Positions 23,713 through 37,500 of a stretch of 64,000 bases of DNA are shown in pieces. Position 1 is the first letter of the stretch. Every line of letters begins with the position of its first letter. The notes below the pieces were generated by a model that had not been told where the DNA came from, did no database searches, and saw nothing but the letters and a program-made list of their open reading frames with translations. Position numbers and translations under genes: made by a program. The DNA lies in assembly GCA_951406725.2 (NCBI GenBank), contig OX597839.1:30442001-30506000 (forward strand), read 5' to 3'. The DNA is from Octopus vulgaris (Eukaryota).

Positions 23713-24813
23713 CTTGCAAGAGAAAGAATCTTTGAGAGGGGCTGGGGTGTTTGAGGAGGGAAACTTGTGTCAGGGAATGAAAGATTAGAGTGTGACAGAC
23801 AGACAGAAACAAGTGTCTTGCTGTAGAGGAGGTTCATGGTTATCCAGCCAGAGAGAGAGAGAGGGGAGAGAGAGAGTGGTCAAGAATGAGGACAGAAAGA
23901 GGTTTGTTGCTGTAGAGGAGATGCATAATTACTGAGCCAAAGGAGAGAAAAAGTAGGGGAGAGCAAGAGCATGAAAGGGATGGTAAGTGCCAGAGTATAT
24001 TTTAGGTATAATTATACTAATGTGTCCATCTGTCCTAATTTAATTAAATTCTATGTCTTTGAGCAGCTGAAGGTTGCCCTACATATTAAATTGATGTAAT
24101 GATTGCATTGCTCAATTAAATGGAGTTGCCTGAAACGATCGTACTGCATTACCTCTGGATATCTTTGTTGCTTATTTTGATTATATATATATAAATATCT
24201 CAGATGTAAATAAACTTCACTTGTGTATAGCTTTATACACACTCACATACCCATTTATAAACCCGGTCATAGATATGCACTGACTTGTAAATCAAAGACA
24301 AAACCAATTTCATGCCCCAATTATGGGTGTTGCCAGTCTTACTTTCACATTTTATTGTATCTTGTATTTTGTCGTAAATATTTTGTTGAAGAGATAAATA
24401 AGTTTTTTTAACATGGGAGTGGTCTCAGTAAAGAAGGACATATTGAATAATATGGTTCTTGTAGGGATGGTCATGGATGGAATATTTTCATCATAGATCA
24501 GATAAATTAGGGGAAAATAATGAACCAAGTCTATTGTAAGGTTTGAGTGATATACAGAATATATAACTGTTGAATACAATTTATATAACATTCATTGAAT
24601 GATACAGGTTAATATATGTAACGGAATTGGGGGGGGGACTTGTTAATAGATACACACACATCTTGCACAAGCTCAAGGGCACACACGCGGCATAAATATT
24701 TTCAAGAAAAATGTCATTGTTCAGTGTTTGAGCAAAGTTCATGAATTTTAGATATGGAGACGTAGTATATGTATATACACACACACCCATATACAAACAC
24801 CCACACACTTATG

Positions 24814-25335
24814 TATTGAGTTGTTGGACAAATAAATTTGTTTCTTCACAATGTTATTTGAATTAACCAGACGATATTTTTATTGCAGTGTTTTATAGTA
24901 TTTTTTTAATCTCTATTCTTCCTCTACAACTTTTGCTTATCATTTTTGAAATTTCAATAAATTTTACCTTTTTCCAGACTAAAATCGATGGCACGCCAAA
25001 CAGAAAAGGAAACTTCCCCCGCATTTTCGCCATCTGCTTCTTTCGGTTTTCATTATTAAAGTTCCAAAGCAACCCGGGCTGTGTGTAGAGAAGCCTCTCT
25101 CACTCAAAGAACTGCTCAGAAATGGTTCTCATGCTTCAAACAGGGGAAACTGACTCTCCTAGTTCAGTTCAATGAGGATTGATTGAATGAATTCCTCCAT
25201 GAGGAGGACCTGTGCCTGGAATTCTCCAGGGAATCGGTCAAGCAGATGGGATGCTCCCAGGATGACGGTCACTTGTCCACCTTTACATAAGATGCAAGGG
25301 AACCACACGCTCTGAACGGAGGAGACAAAAGCAAG
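24814..25335 (+). mobile_element. Degenerate mariner 5' portion
   Basis: tattgagttg left end; frameshifted MARQTEK..HFRHLLL..., RTAQKWFSCFKQG, FNED*LNEFLHE, typical of a mariner transposase N-terminus. Confidence 0.6.
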
Positions 25336-26469
25336 ACTTCCTTTTGTACCCCCCAAAGAACCACTCTCAATCATTTTTTTCTTGATTAAAAATAAGAATT
25401 AAAATAAATGGGGGAAACAAACGAATTTATCTGACAACCTCAATGTCTGTGTGTTGCGAATGGAATGAGAGATGTAATTTATAAAGTGTCGTGAAATTCA
25501 GTTGGTTAAACAGACATTTGTTGATGATGTTAGTACGAATAAAAATGAATGAAATGGTTTACCATTGTCGACAGCAATTTCTGTTGTGATTTAAGGCTCC
25601 AAATGGTAATCTTCTTGTGTAAAGGTGAAGTCCTTTGAGCACGAAACTGCCTGACTGTTGATAACGCATGAGAGACGGGGAGGGGGCGGATGTATGGAAG
25701 ACCATAAGGAGTGTAATGCGAGAAAGTTATGAATGTCAATTTGATCTCGGAAAAAAGTATTTTCTTACTTGTTTCAGTTGTTGAACTGTGGACGTGCTGG
25801 GACAGTGTCTTTAACAGTTTTAGACGATCATATTGGACCCAGTATGTGTTTCAAATTTTGGGGCTAAATCGGGGCGGGGTGCTTTGGTAACATGAAATAA
25901 AAACTGGATTACTTTTGTCATTAATTAAACCAGGGATCAGGAGCCCCGTCTCTTTTGCTGAAGTTAACAAGTGTAAAGCTGAGTCGTAGACATGTTTAGT
26001 AACAGCAAAAGGCTTTGTGAAGAGCTCGTCTGTTTCTTGGGTCCACCGGTCGAGAGGATTTGACAGGGTGAGTGAATTAGGGAGTTGACGAGAGTGTGAA
26101 TGAGAGGGGGGAAAGGGAACTGTAGTGAGGAGGTGAAGACAAGGTTTATAGGGGAGTGGCAGGGGGAGGAGAGGAGAGACAAAGAGATGTCAAAGTGGCA
26201 CTGGGGAGCAAGTGAAGAGAGAGAGAGAAGCATAGGGCATGATGAGACATAATTTGGTTCGTTTGGGGGGAGAGAGTGGGGAGATTAATGTAATCGGTGG
26301 TGGAGAGCGCATAATACACAGTGCTTTCAGAACTCAGTTTTGTTGAGGAGGGCCGGTCCTCTCAAGAACCTCATATCACCAGACATCTTGGTCCTTTGTC
26401 ATCTCCCCCATGGGGCTCAACATCATGAGATCAGTCTTCAATACTTCATTTTATATATGTGTATGTATT

Positions 26470-26772
26470 CTTTTATTCTTTTACTTATTTCAGTCTTTAA
26501 ACTGCGGCCATGCTGGGGCTACACCTTGAAGAATCAGCTTCAGGACTTATTTTTTATTCTATTGGTCTCTTTTGGTGAACATAAACACACCAACAATGGT
26601 TGTCGAGTAGAGGTGGGAGACAAACACACACACACACAGAACCTTCTTTCAGTTTCTGTCTACCAAATTCACTTAAAAGGCTTTGGTTAGCCTGAGGCTA
26701 TCGTGGAAGACAACATTTGCCCATGATTCCATGCAATGGGATTGAACCTGGAACTATGTGTTCGAGAAGCGT
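26470..26772 (-). mobile_element. SINE family A, degenerate
   Basis: Blocks colinear with 3369-3799. Confidence 0.7.
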
Positions 26773-28454
26773 ACTTATAAAAGTGTTGACAAAATTAACA
26801 ATAAAACACTAATAATTAACAAATATAAACCAGTGTAATTACAGTGTGATGTTCCGTGAATGTCACACTGTGAGTTTCATTATTTATTTTCAATTGTAGC
26901 TCTACCAACTCAAATAACTTCCTGTTATCATTACCAATCCTTTTCTCTGCTGTGATAGTTCCAGGAAGTCATACAAGAAGATCATTGGTCTCTTCTAAAA
27001 TGTCTCCACCATTATCTTTGATGATAAAATTTCAATTGATTCTCCACTTGATAAGTTTACTCTAACCCAGATAATCTCTTCTGATAATGTCTGATAAAAG
27101 CTCATTTCGTTTTCACTTTATGTGTCTTCAATCTTTTTTATGATTGACACACATCTGTCAGTCTAGCTTTTGCTACTCAAATTTGCTGACAAGTTTAACA
27201 AGTTTGTACAAACTTGAACAAAGTAGAAAGAAATGGAAAAGAAGTTAAATACCTCTGAGAGGTGGGTCTTTTATGGATTTGGTGAAATAAACTGAAAAGA
27301 CATGATAGCAAAGGAAAGTTGAAAGGGCAAAGCTACCTGTGGCAGTGGAAAGTGAGGTGGGTGAAGGTCATCACGATGACCTTATCTCACATTTTTTTCT
27401 GAACAATGTCACTTCAAATTCCCACATCCGTCACTTTACAAAAGCATTTTTATTAGCATTATTTCTAATCACACCCATATCAACATTGTCTTTTGTCCTT
27501 CAGGAAATCAGTAAATAAAATAAACCAATAGACAAGTACTGGGTGGGGGGGATTGGGTTTGATGGTATGGATGAAGTCCCCTCCCCTCAAATTTGTTGGC
27601 CACTACACCACCACCATCATCCTCATCTACAAGATGGAAAACTGGTAGAATTCTTAGCATGTCAGGCAAAATGCTTGATGGTATTTTTTCTTGCTTTGAG
27701 TTCAGATCCCACTGAGGTCAACGTTACTGTTGATCTCCTTTGGGCTTTGATCAAATGAAGGACCAGTGAAACACTGGATTTGCTGTCATTGATTTAAGCC
27801 TTCCTCATAAAAACTTCTGGTCTTGTATGAAAATTTAAAACAATTTTTAAGATTCTTCATCAATATTTTCATGGTTCACTTGAAAAGGAAAATGGGGCCG
27901 AAGAGGGAGCTGGTATCTTTGAGTGCATTTCTTAAATGATGGATGGAAGTTGTAAAAATAGCAAGAGTGGACTCTCTCTCTCTCATTCAACCTTACCCTC
28001 TTCCCTCTCCTCTTCTGCTTCTCTCTTTTCTATCATTTACTCCAATCCCTTCTTTCCCTACCCCTCTCCTCCTCTTTGCACCCTGAACCCCATTTTGACC
28101 AGATGTCCTAGGGCACTGACAGAAGACCAATAGAAGTGGAGACATGACAAGCTCCTTGCCAAAAATTGCCAAAGGGAAGATCCCAGGCTTTAAATAGCAA
28201 ATCCCATTTGTTTCTGCACAGGACACCAGCTTGAAGTTGCTGAGTTCACATCTACATATTATCCATCATCCTCACCACCACCACCACCACTGCTGTTGTC
28301 GTCGTCGTCATCGTAGTCATTATCATCATCATCATTTGACATCTATTTTCCATGCTGCCATCAACACTAAAGGATATCAGATTCCTCAGTGTGAGTGACA
28401 AATCTCCCAAGGCAAAAGTAATGGTAGCGGACCCATTTTCTATTTTTGCATTCA

Positions 28455-28975
28455 AGGAAGACATGAGATGAAGTGGTGAAGCATGACCTTTGAACGTTGG
28501 GCCTCACAGAGGCAATGATAGGAGACCAAGACCTTTGGAGATAAGTTGTGATTGTGATCACCCAGTAACTAAAGTGAGATCGCAGCCATGGCTGATGCCA
28601 GTGTTGTATGTCCGGCCCATTTAAAAGTATCCTTGATACATCAGGTGATATGATATGATTGAGAAGACCTGTTGAGCCAAGTAAAACCAAAATTATAGCT
28701 GTGACCAGTGGCCCCTGACTGGCTCTCATTCCAGTGGCATGTAAAATGCATCATCCGAATGTGGTTGATGCCAGGTCTGCCTGACTGGCTCCTGTGCCAG
28801 TGGCACATAAAAAGCACCTACTACACTCTCGGAGTGGTTGGCATTAGGAAGGGCGTCCAGCGGTAGAAACCTTACCAAATCAAATTGGAGTCTGATGCAG
28901 CTGCTGGCTCTCCAGACCTCAGTCAAACCATCCAACCCAGCATGGAAAGCGGACATTAAATGATGATGATGATGA
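28455..28975 (+). mobile_element. Family B RTE LINE 3' end
   Basis: Colinear with 20830-21543. Confidence 0.8.
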
Positions 28976-29867
28976 ATGATACGTAGATATAAACTCAGTA
29001 ACTTTAAACTTGTGTCCTGTGCAGAAACAAATGGGATTTGCTATTAAAGCCTGGGATCTTCCATTTCCGTGACATATTATTCTTAGATAAATGGATATAC
29101 AGACAGTGTGTGTGTGAGAGAGAGAGAGGGGGAGGGAGGGAGAGAGAGAGAGGGAGGGAGAGCGAGGGTGAGACAGAGAGAGGGAATAAATCATATATTT
29201 CTTCTTTGATGAATATTATCACATATTTTGTATTTGATAATGTAAGAATATCAATATAATTTATTTATCAATCTATCTATCACTCTCACTCTGTCTCTGT
29301 CTCTCTCTACACACACACATGTATATAATAGAATAAAAGTAGAGACAGGCAAACAGAGTTGAATTTAGGTCAAATTGAAATTCATAAACTCCTTGAAACA
29401 TCTTTTCTCCTTTCAAGTTTCATAAATATAGAAATAAATAAAGGTCAGAAGTGGACTTGAGAAACCAGTTGTTTGCCTGTCTATCATTCCTTTATTCTAT
29501 TACACAAGCAGCAGTTTGATTGAAACACTGTTTATGGCCAATTCTTTGTTTACGTTGCTCTCAACGGCCGTGCATTTAAGTTGTAATTCAACTTAAGCAG
29601 AACACTCATTGGATGAACCTATTTTCCTGTCATCAGACATATTACCCGGAGGTTATATAGATACCATCCACCCATGACAGTGGATGAATAGATTCTTAAG
29701 GTCAACTCTTAGCTACTCAGAAGCATTCTGGGTGTCATCACTAATTCTGTGATGCCCTGATCTGGTGCATATTGCTGGAAGATGACCCCTGCTTTTTCCA
29801 ACAATTTTGTGATTCTGCCAATCCATTGCACTGGGGTCTACATTGCTGCTGCTATACTACTACCACC

Positions 29868-29904
<37 letters not shown>

Positions 29905-30349
29905 ACAATAATAATGATAATCTTGGTATAAAAGATGGACAACAGCAAATATTCTGCTCAATACCACAGATTTGCTTGACCTTAACCAGTTGAAGATGTC
30001 CCTTAGTGGCTGACGATATGTGCATCTCTGATCATGAGCAGAAGTAGTAGGGGAGCATCATAGCTATTGGGTTGAAAGGAATTTTGGGGGATTTGGATAA
30101 TTCACCCTTCATTCAACATCCTTAAACAACCCTTATTCAGGGACCTTTTGAGCAGGATGGGCTACTCAACCTGAAGAAAATTCTAACTGGACCCTACCTG
30201 CAAGGTCATTTGCTGTTTATCTTGATATGAGATCACCATGTCACACACATATGGTTGTGATCAGGCGTGTGCCTGATGTATCCTTATCAGATGGGTATAC
30301 TGGGCTTTGTATATTTGTACCCCAGTATCACTTTGCTCTCTCATTCAAT

Positions 30350-30812
30350 AATAACAATCCTTTCTACTGTAGGCTCAAGGCCTGAAGTTTGGTGGTGGTG
30401 GGCAGGGGAGTGGCTAGTTGATTCCAGTCCTCAACTGGAACTGATTTTACTGACCTTGAAAGAATGAAAGGTAAAGTTGACCTCAGTGGAATTTGAACCC
30501 AGAATGTCAAGACAGACGAAATGTTGCTAAGCATTTTGTATTGCACACTAACAATTCTACAGCTCATCACTGTCCTAATAATAATAATAATGATAATGAT
30601 TTCAAATTTTGACACAAGGCCAGTCATTTTAGGGAGTGGTAAGTTGACTACATTGACCCCGGTTCTCAACTGGTGCTTATTTTATCAGCCCCCAAAAAGA
30701 GAAAAGGCAAAGCTGGCCTCGGCAGCATTTGAACTCAGAATGTGAAGCCAGAAGAAATTCCACTAAGCATTTTGTCCAGTGTGCTAATGCTTCTGCCAGC
30801 TCTCCACCTTAA
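30350..30812 (-). mobile_element. Two tandem SINE family C copies
   Basis: Repeated gaaaggtaaagttgacctc..ggaatttgaac..agaatgt blocks separated by (AAT)n. Confidence 0.75.
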
Positions 30813-33699
30813 TATTATTATTATTATTTATAATAATAAAATCCTTTTGCAAACAACTTGCAGATGCAAGGGACACTAGTTGAACGCTCCACATACTGGA
30901 TGCTAACAAGCTTATGGGGTCATCAGAAAAGAATGCATGCTGTTTTGGGGCTTTCCTTTTGATGGCCTTATTGCGTGCTGGCCCCTTCTCACTGAGATGA
31001 GGCCCCACTTGCTACATCAACTGCTAACTAGGTTTTGCTCAATATTCTTGTAGCCATTGCTCATTGTTTCCTTTTAACTAAATCCAGTAAATAATTGTCT
31101 GTGAAAAAAGGGCAGGAGGCCAAGAATCTGGAGGTGTTAGTTCAGTGGTTCCCAACCTGGGGTCTGCAAAGGTAGTACTGGGAGGTCCATGAACTAAATT
31201 CAAAATTTCATATATATATATATATATAAGGATAAGTATATTAAAAGGGGTCCGTGGGAAAACTCCAGTTGAACCGTCCAACCCATGCCAGCATGGAAAG
31301 CGGACGCTAAAAGATGATGATGATGATGACCTCCAGGTATGACTGGTACTTTATTTTACTGTCATAACTGCAGGGATAAAAAGCAAAATGGATTGCAGCT
31401 GGATTTGAACTCTGAAGTTTTGTAGCAATCATCCAGCACAGTTAATGAGTTTGTATTAAGAAAAGAACAATTGATGGATTTATAAGCAACATATTTTATT
31501 GTCTGATCTGAATGCATCAAGTTTGAAGTGAAAATGCATTTTGTCATCAAAATTTCTAATTATGTAATAACGAGGAAACAATAACGAAAAAAAGAAATGT
31601 TTTTAAATGAAATAAAATTAGAATAAATAAAAAAAATGATTTACTAAGTCAATTCATTTTCTGTCATTTGAGGATAATTCCTTTATGCTGCAAGAAGTGG
31701 TGGTGGGGTGGAATCAAGTGGAGACAAATTATTGAGTCAGAAGTGTTTTTTGACTGGAAATGACTTAGTTTTGAGATTGTGTGTTGAAATGGAAGTAATT
31801 GCATTGAGGAAAAGCCATGATGTCCTGAAGATAGTTAAAACACACACACACCATTGGATTTACTGTTTTATGTTTTGTGAGATGCTGTGGAGTCGTGTTT
31901 GAACAGGTCTTAGATGTAGGACAAGACTTTTGGATGTTTTATAGAACGTGAACATGTATGTTTGGGAGAGAAATTAAATATTCAGAAATATGTTTAGGCT
32001 AAACATTCTTTCATATATATATATATATTAAGTTCATAACCATAAAGATGTTAAATAAATATATTCAATTCTATTAACTCCTTACTTTTACACTTTATAT
32101 ATGCACACACACATATATATCGTTCTATCAGTGGAGTGTACTGAAGGTTTCTAAAACGGATGAAATGGTGCTATACATGATTATCAGTGACTAGAAATTT
32201 TAAGAATTTTGTAAAAAAAAAAAAAAAAATAAATATGTGACTTCTGTGCACCTTCTTCATAATTCCTTATGTTCAGACATTTAATCCCACCAAATAGTAT
32301 CGAGAAATGATTATCTCCCTTGTATCAACTGTATGCTGAGGGATACCACTAGCATGTTTACACACCCTTATAAATATATTATTTTATTGACTGTGTATGT
32401 ATGTTTACTCTTATAAAACTTTATTAGTGGAGTGTAGAACTTGGCAAAAATTTAACTTTCATAGAAATTTAAACAAATGTTTACTTTTTAGTAAGACATG
32501 AAATTCATTTAGTAAGACAACCTAAATTCATTCGGAGACAATAATGATCAACTCCCAAGGGTAGATGTGTGCTTGGATTTAATTACATTCGTTAATGTTT
32601 AGAACCCTAACCATTCATTTTAAAAATCTCTGATTTAATTAGTAGGAAGGCCAGAACTGATGACAGATGAAGGCTGTTGTCTGCTACTGGGGAAATAGGT
32701 GTGGCTAATGGTCAGCTATACCTTCTTTCATCCCCATTTCTGCAATAAAATCTGTTTAGGAGGGGAATTCTCTAAACATAGAAGATGGCATCTCTTTTGG
32801 AAGTCACAACCTGATGGCTAATGTGCAGCAATGATGACTTGTGTACAACAGATCATCACATCAAGTAAAAACACAAATGCTGCCAACAAACAGAGATTTT
32901 ACTCAAATATTCCAGAAAAAAAGTGAAATGGCTGGCCTAGGATTTGAACTCTGGTTATTTCAGTTCTTTTAATGGAGAGATAGTTAAACAGGAGAAAACA
33001 GATGCATTGTTCTATAGATTTAGACCAAAATGAAAGGCAGAAATATTGTAGAGAAAACGTGAACGATTGTCAGATAAAAATAAAGAGAGAGAGAGAGACA
33101 AAAGGGAGGGGTGGGAGGGATAGGTGAAGCTGAAAAATTAATGTCACATGATGAGATCAATACCAAAAAACCCATCAAAAACATTGCAGAACCAAGTTCG
33201 AATTAGCCGAGCTGGCTCCCTGTCCTCTTTGTTTAGGCCCTTTGTTTGTCTGCTGGGTTTTGCTCACTTCATGACAGACTGGATGTGTGAGGCGGGGTGT
33301 GTTGGAAGGAAAGGGTGTAGCATAGAAATAAACATTTACCAACCCTCAGATGTGGACAAAAGAAATGATGAAATAATTTCAGTGGAGGAGGAGAAGTCAA
33401 GGACTAAACACAAATGTTGCCATCTGTTGCTTCCTTTCTTTTCCAGCCATGGTTTATTTATGGAAAACAAGAAACAACACATGGTGATTCTAAGACAGGA
33501 CCAATGTTTGGAATTTAGGGAATGGGAAAAGGGTTATGCAACTGAATCAACTCCTGTGCTTCACTGGTTCTTTAGTTGACTCCCCCCACCTCTAAAAGGA
33601 AGATTAGTTGTAAAGAAGCAGAACAAATATCACAAGGTAGTCATCTGACACTCTTACGATTCTGTCATATCATCGCCCTATTAATAATAATAATGATGA

Positions 33700-34085
33700 C
33701 AATAATAATAATAATCCTTTCTACTATAGGCACAAGGCTTGAAATTTTGGGGAGGCGATATGTCAATTACATCAACCCCAGTGTTTCACTGGTACGTTAC
33801 TTTATCAACCCCAAAAGGGTGAAAGGTAAAGTTGACCTCAGTGGAATTTGAACTCAGAACCTAAGGACGGAGAAAATGGCACTAAGCACTTTGTCTTTGG
33901 TGCCAACGATTCTGCCAGATTGAATGGTTTGTGACATAGGCACAGCGTCACACATTTCGCAGGAGAACCTCAGCACATGACTGGTACTTTATTTTATCAA
34001 CCTTGGAAGGGGGGAAAGACAAAGTTGACTTTGGAGGGGTTTGAACTTGGAATGTGAAGGGATGTAACTAAATACCAAAAAGGAT
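33700..34085 (-). mobile_element. SINE family C copies
   Basis: Same blocks as 30350-30812. Confidence 0.7.
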
Positions 34086-34382
34086 TGTGTCAGGTGAACT
34101 AGGGTCCATTGGATAATAATTATAAATTACTAATTATTTGATGATAAATAAATGAAGCAAAATTATCATCATCATTCACCAACCAATCACCACCAATCAT
34201 CAGTCATTACCATAATTGTTAATCGTCATCACTCATCACTATTGTCTTCTATCATCAGTCATCAACATTCTTGGCATGAAATCCATAAAAGCAAACCTTC
34301 ATTCAAATAAGAAAGAAATTTAATCATTAGTCACTGAATGACAAAATATCTATCACTGTGATGACGATGACCCCCCCCCCAC

Positions 34383-34388
34383 TTTATT
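34383..34388 (-). terminator. Candidate poly(A) signal AATAAA of FTSJ1
   Basis: AATAAA on the - strand about 14 nt after the stop codon. Confidence 0.45.
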
Positions 34389-34401
34389 GTGGTCAGTTCC
34401 G

Positions 34402-34599
34402 TCACGACTTCAGGTTAAGGTCAGCCATGTCACTGGACAAGCGGTTTGAGGCATCACTGCTCCGGTTGATGGAACGCCTGGGAGTGACTTCCGGTTTCGA
34501 GAGAAGATCATTCTTCTTGCGGTAACAGGCTTCCTTGTAGGGTGGGTTTATTGGTCCCTGGGTGGGTGGATGGTAGCTGTATTCCTTCTGGGTAGTCAA
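34402..34599 (-). CDS. FTSJ1: FTSJ1 coding exon 10 ([24 protein letters not shown]...LNLKS*)
   Basis: Acceptor tttccAG at 34601-34600; PPTQxPIxPPY motif; TGA at 34404-34402. Confidence 0.92.
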   Translation of the reverse strand: MTTQKEYSYHPPTQGPINPPYKEACYRKKNDLLSKPEVTPRRSINRSSDASNRLSSDMADLNLKS

Positions 34600-37500
34600 C
34601 TGGAAATCAAAGAAGAGAAGAGAAATAGTAATGGTTCACCAACATTAGGAGAGGCTGACATATTGGAGCGTGACGTTTAGTAGGGGGAAGAAAAAAACCA
34701 CATTGAAAACTAATTTTGAATATCAGATTACAAAGTGTTACAAATCTTTAATTGGTTGCTGTCTCCAATATAGGAGAGAACAATTAAAGATTTGCAACTT
34801 CATGGCCTCCACATCAGACTGTGGTTGGAGGAGAAAACAAGTAGAGGCCTTCGTCCCTGCAGTGCACTGAATATAGGCAAACCCAATTCAACACACACAC
34901 ATGACCATCATCGTCATTTTATGTCTGATTCTTCTCATCTGGTATGGGTTGCACAGGTCTCACCGCATTACATAAGCCACTTGTGGTCCTTCAGCATCTG
35001 GATCATACACACACCAACAGAGAAAACTCGACCCCTTTCTGCCCTTCATAATACCAACCACATCAGCTGAATACATTATAATGTACAAAATATCACCACA
35101 CAGGCTCAGACAAAACTTAAACAATCTCACTCTCTCTCTAACCATCATTTCATTCATTCTTTTTTGCTTGAATCTATCTTTCAGCTGATGTTCTTCTGAC
35201 AGATGACCATGTCTAACAAGGTAGACTCAATGCATTTTCAACAGATGCAACTGTCTGAAGAAAATGGGAGAATAACCGCGGAGAGGTTAGCTTCTCTCAC
35301 ACTTGAGATTCTGATGTCTATGTAAAAGTGAACAGAGAAATCAAGAGAAGAAGACTGGACACGTTGATGTCCAGCAAAATATTGAATGCATCCACTTACG
35401 GAGAGGGGGTAGGTCTTATCTGAATCGAAGCCACTCAAATCGCCACAAGCCAGGAAAGGGACAATGATTCGGTTCGGTCCAGTGAGGTTGTTGAAGTCAA
35501 CATCTGCAATTGGAATCAATCAATAAGATTAACTGATCTTGTATTATTAATTAGAGATAATTATTAATTAGAGAATGACTGAATGCTGGATTAGGGGTGA
35601 GGAGGGAGGAGCAGGCGGCTAATTTAAGAAAGCAAAAACCGTTTTGGTAGTCACAGGAAAATGAGTGCATCTATAAATGAATGAGTTGCAGTGTATTGGT
35701 AAATACTAGAGTCACTAATAAAGACTGTGCCGGACTTAGAGCAGACACTCTGCATTCAAGTCATCATCATCATCATCATCATCATTTAGCATCGATTTTC
35801 TATGCTGGCATGAGTTGAATGGTTTGACAGGATCTGGCAAGGCTGGAGGGCTGTACTAGGCACCAGTCATCTGTTTTGGCATGGTTTCTATAGCTGGATG
35901 CCCTTCCTGAAGCCATCCATCTTACAGAGTGGGGGGCTGGGGGCTGTTATGGCACGGACGATTTCATAGGGTGCTGGCACAGGCACTCTGGCATGAGTGC
36001 TTTTTATGTGGGACTAACATATGTATATATGGGTATATATTACAGCCACCAATATAGAGATGGACTGTAGTCGATTGGCCAGTGAATCTCCCCTTTGGAT
36101 GACCATCTTTTAGATTTAGTCTAAGAGGTTTGTTTGTAACAGCAACACCATCCAAGATGTTTATGTTGAACTCCACTTTTGGCATTTCGTCTGTCTTTAT
36201 GTTCTGAGCTCAAATTCTGCTGAGGTCAACTTTGTCATTCATCCCTTCAAGGTCGATACCAGTTAAGCAATGGGGTTTGATTCCTGGATCGGGGTGTGTG
36301 TTGTGTTCTTGAGTAAGACATTCTATTTCACGTTGCTCCAGTTTCAACATCACTAGTGCCAAGCTGTATTTACCATTGTCTTTCTCTTAGACAACACCAG
36401 TGGCATGGAGACGGAAGGCTGGGATGCATGGGCAACTGTCGGTCTTCCATAAACAATCTTGCTTGGATTTGTGCCTCAGAGGGGAACCTTTTCAGGGTAA
36501 TCCTTTGGTCATTCACGACCAAATGGGGTTTTTACCTTTTAATGGAGTCGACATAATTGACTTATCTTTTCCTCTAAAATTGCTGGCATTGTGCCAAAAT
36601 TTGAAACCAATATTATGTGTGCGTGTGTGCAGTTGTATCCATGTTATGTATGTAGGGTCACAATGATCAATAACGAAAGCTAACTCCCCACCCGGTGGCA
36701 CATAAAGGGCACCCGGTGGCACATAAAGGGCACCCGTTATGCTCTTGGAGTTGTCAGTGTTAGGAAGGGCATCCAACCACAGAAACCATGCCAAACAAGA
36801 CTGGAACTTGATGCAGCTCTCCAGCCTTGCCAATTCCAGTCAAACCGTCTTAACCCATGCCAGCATGGAAAGCAGACACTAAATGGTGATGATGATGATG
36901 ATGATGATGATATATATAAGGAATAATATGATGCAGAACCAGGTAGAGAGAATATAGAAGAAGTAAGAACAACACCAAGGACAGCTAAAAGAAAGAAAAG
37001 CTAACAACTTACCATATTGTTGATCCAACAATGGATTAGACATGTTCGGTAGATAACCTTCTGGAGGGGAATATTTCTCACAAACAACAAAGGCTTCTGC
37101 AAAGATATTCAATAATATATATATATATATATACATACATACATATGCGCATGCACTAACATATATATACATACACACATAATTCTTTCAACTACAAGCA
37201 CAAGTCCTAGAAATTTTGAGGAAAGGGGCAAGTTGATTAGACTGCATCCAGTGCTCAACTGGTAGTTATTTAATCAATCCCAAAAGGATGGAAGGCACAT
37301 TCGACCTTGGTGGAATTGGATCATAGAACATAAAGCCAGAAGAAAAGCTGTCAGAAACGATTCTGTCAGTTCACCACTTTGTATACATATGTAATAATGC
37401 AACCATGTTGGACATACTTTGAAAAAAAAGTTGGGTTTGGAATTACTGCAACATTTAGCTTATTGCATAGAGGTTTTCATCCATGCCAGATCCCACTATA

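Noticed and set aside
32655-32700. CTGATGA followed by a short stem and GAAA
   Set aside because: Extra nucleotides separate the stem from GAAA, and no stem III, NUH site or stem I can be formed, so it is not a hammerhead.
33148-33579. 143-aa ORF downstream of FTSJ1 on the + strand
   Set aside because: No recognisable domain or coding-like composition, and its end runs into a degenerate SINE; likely a chance ORF.
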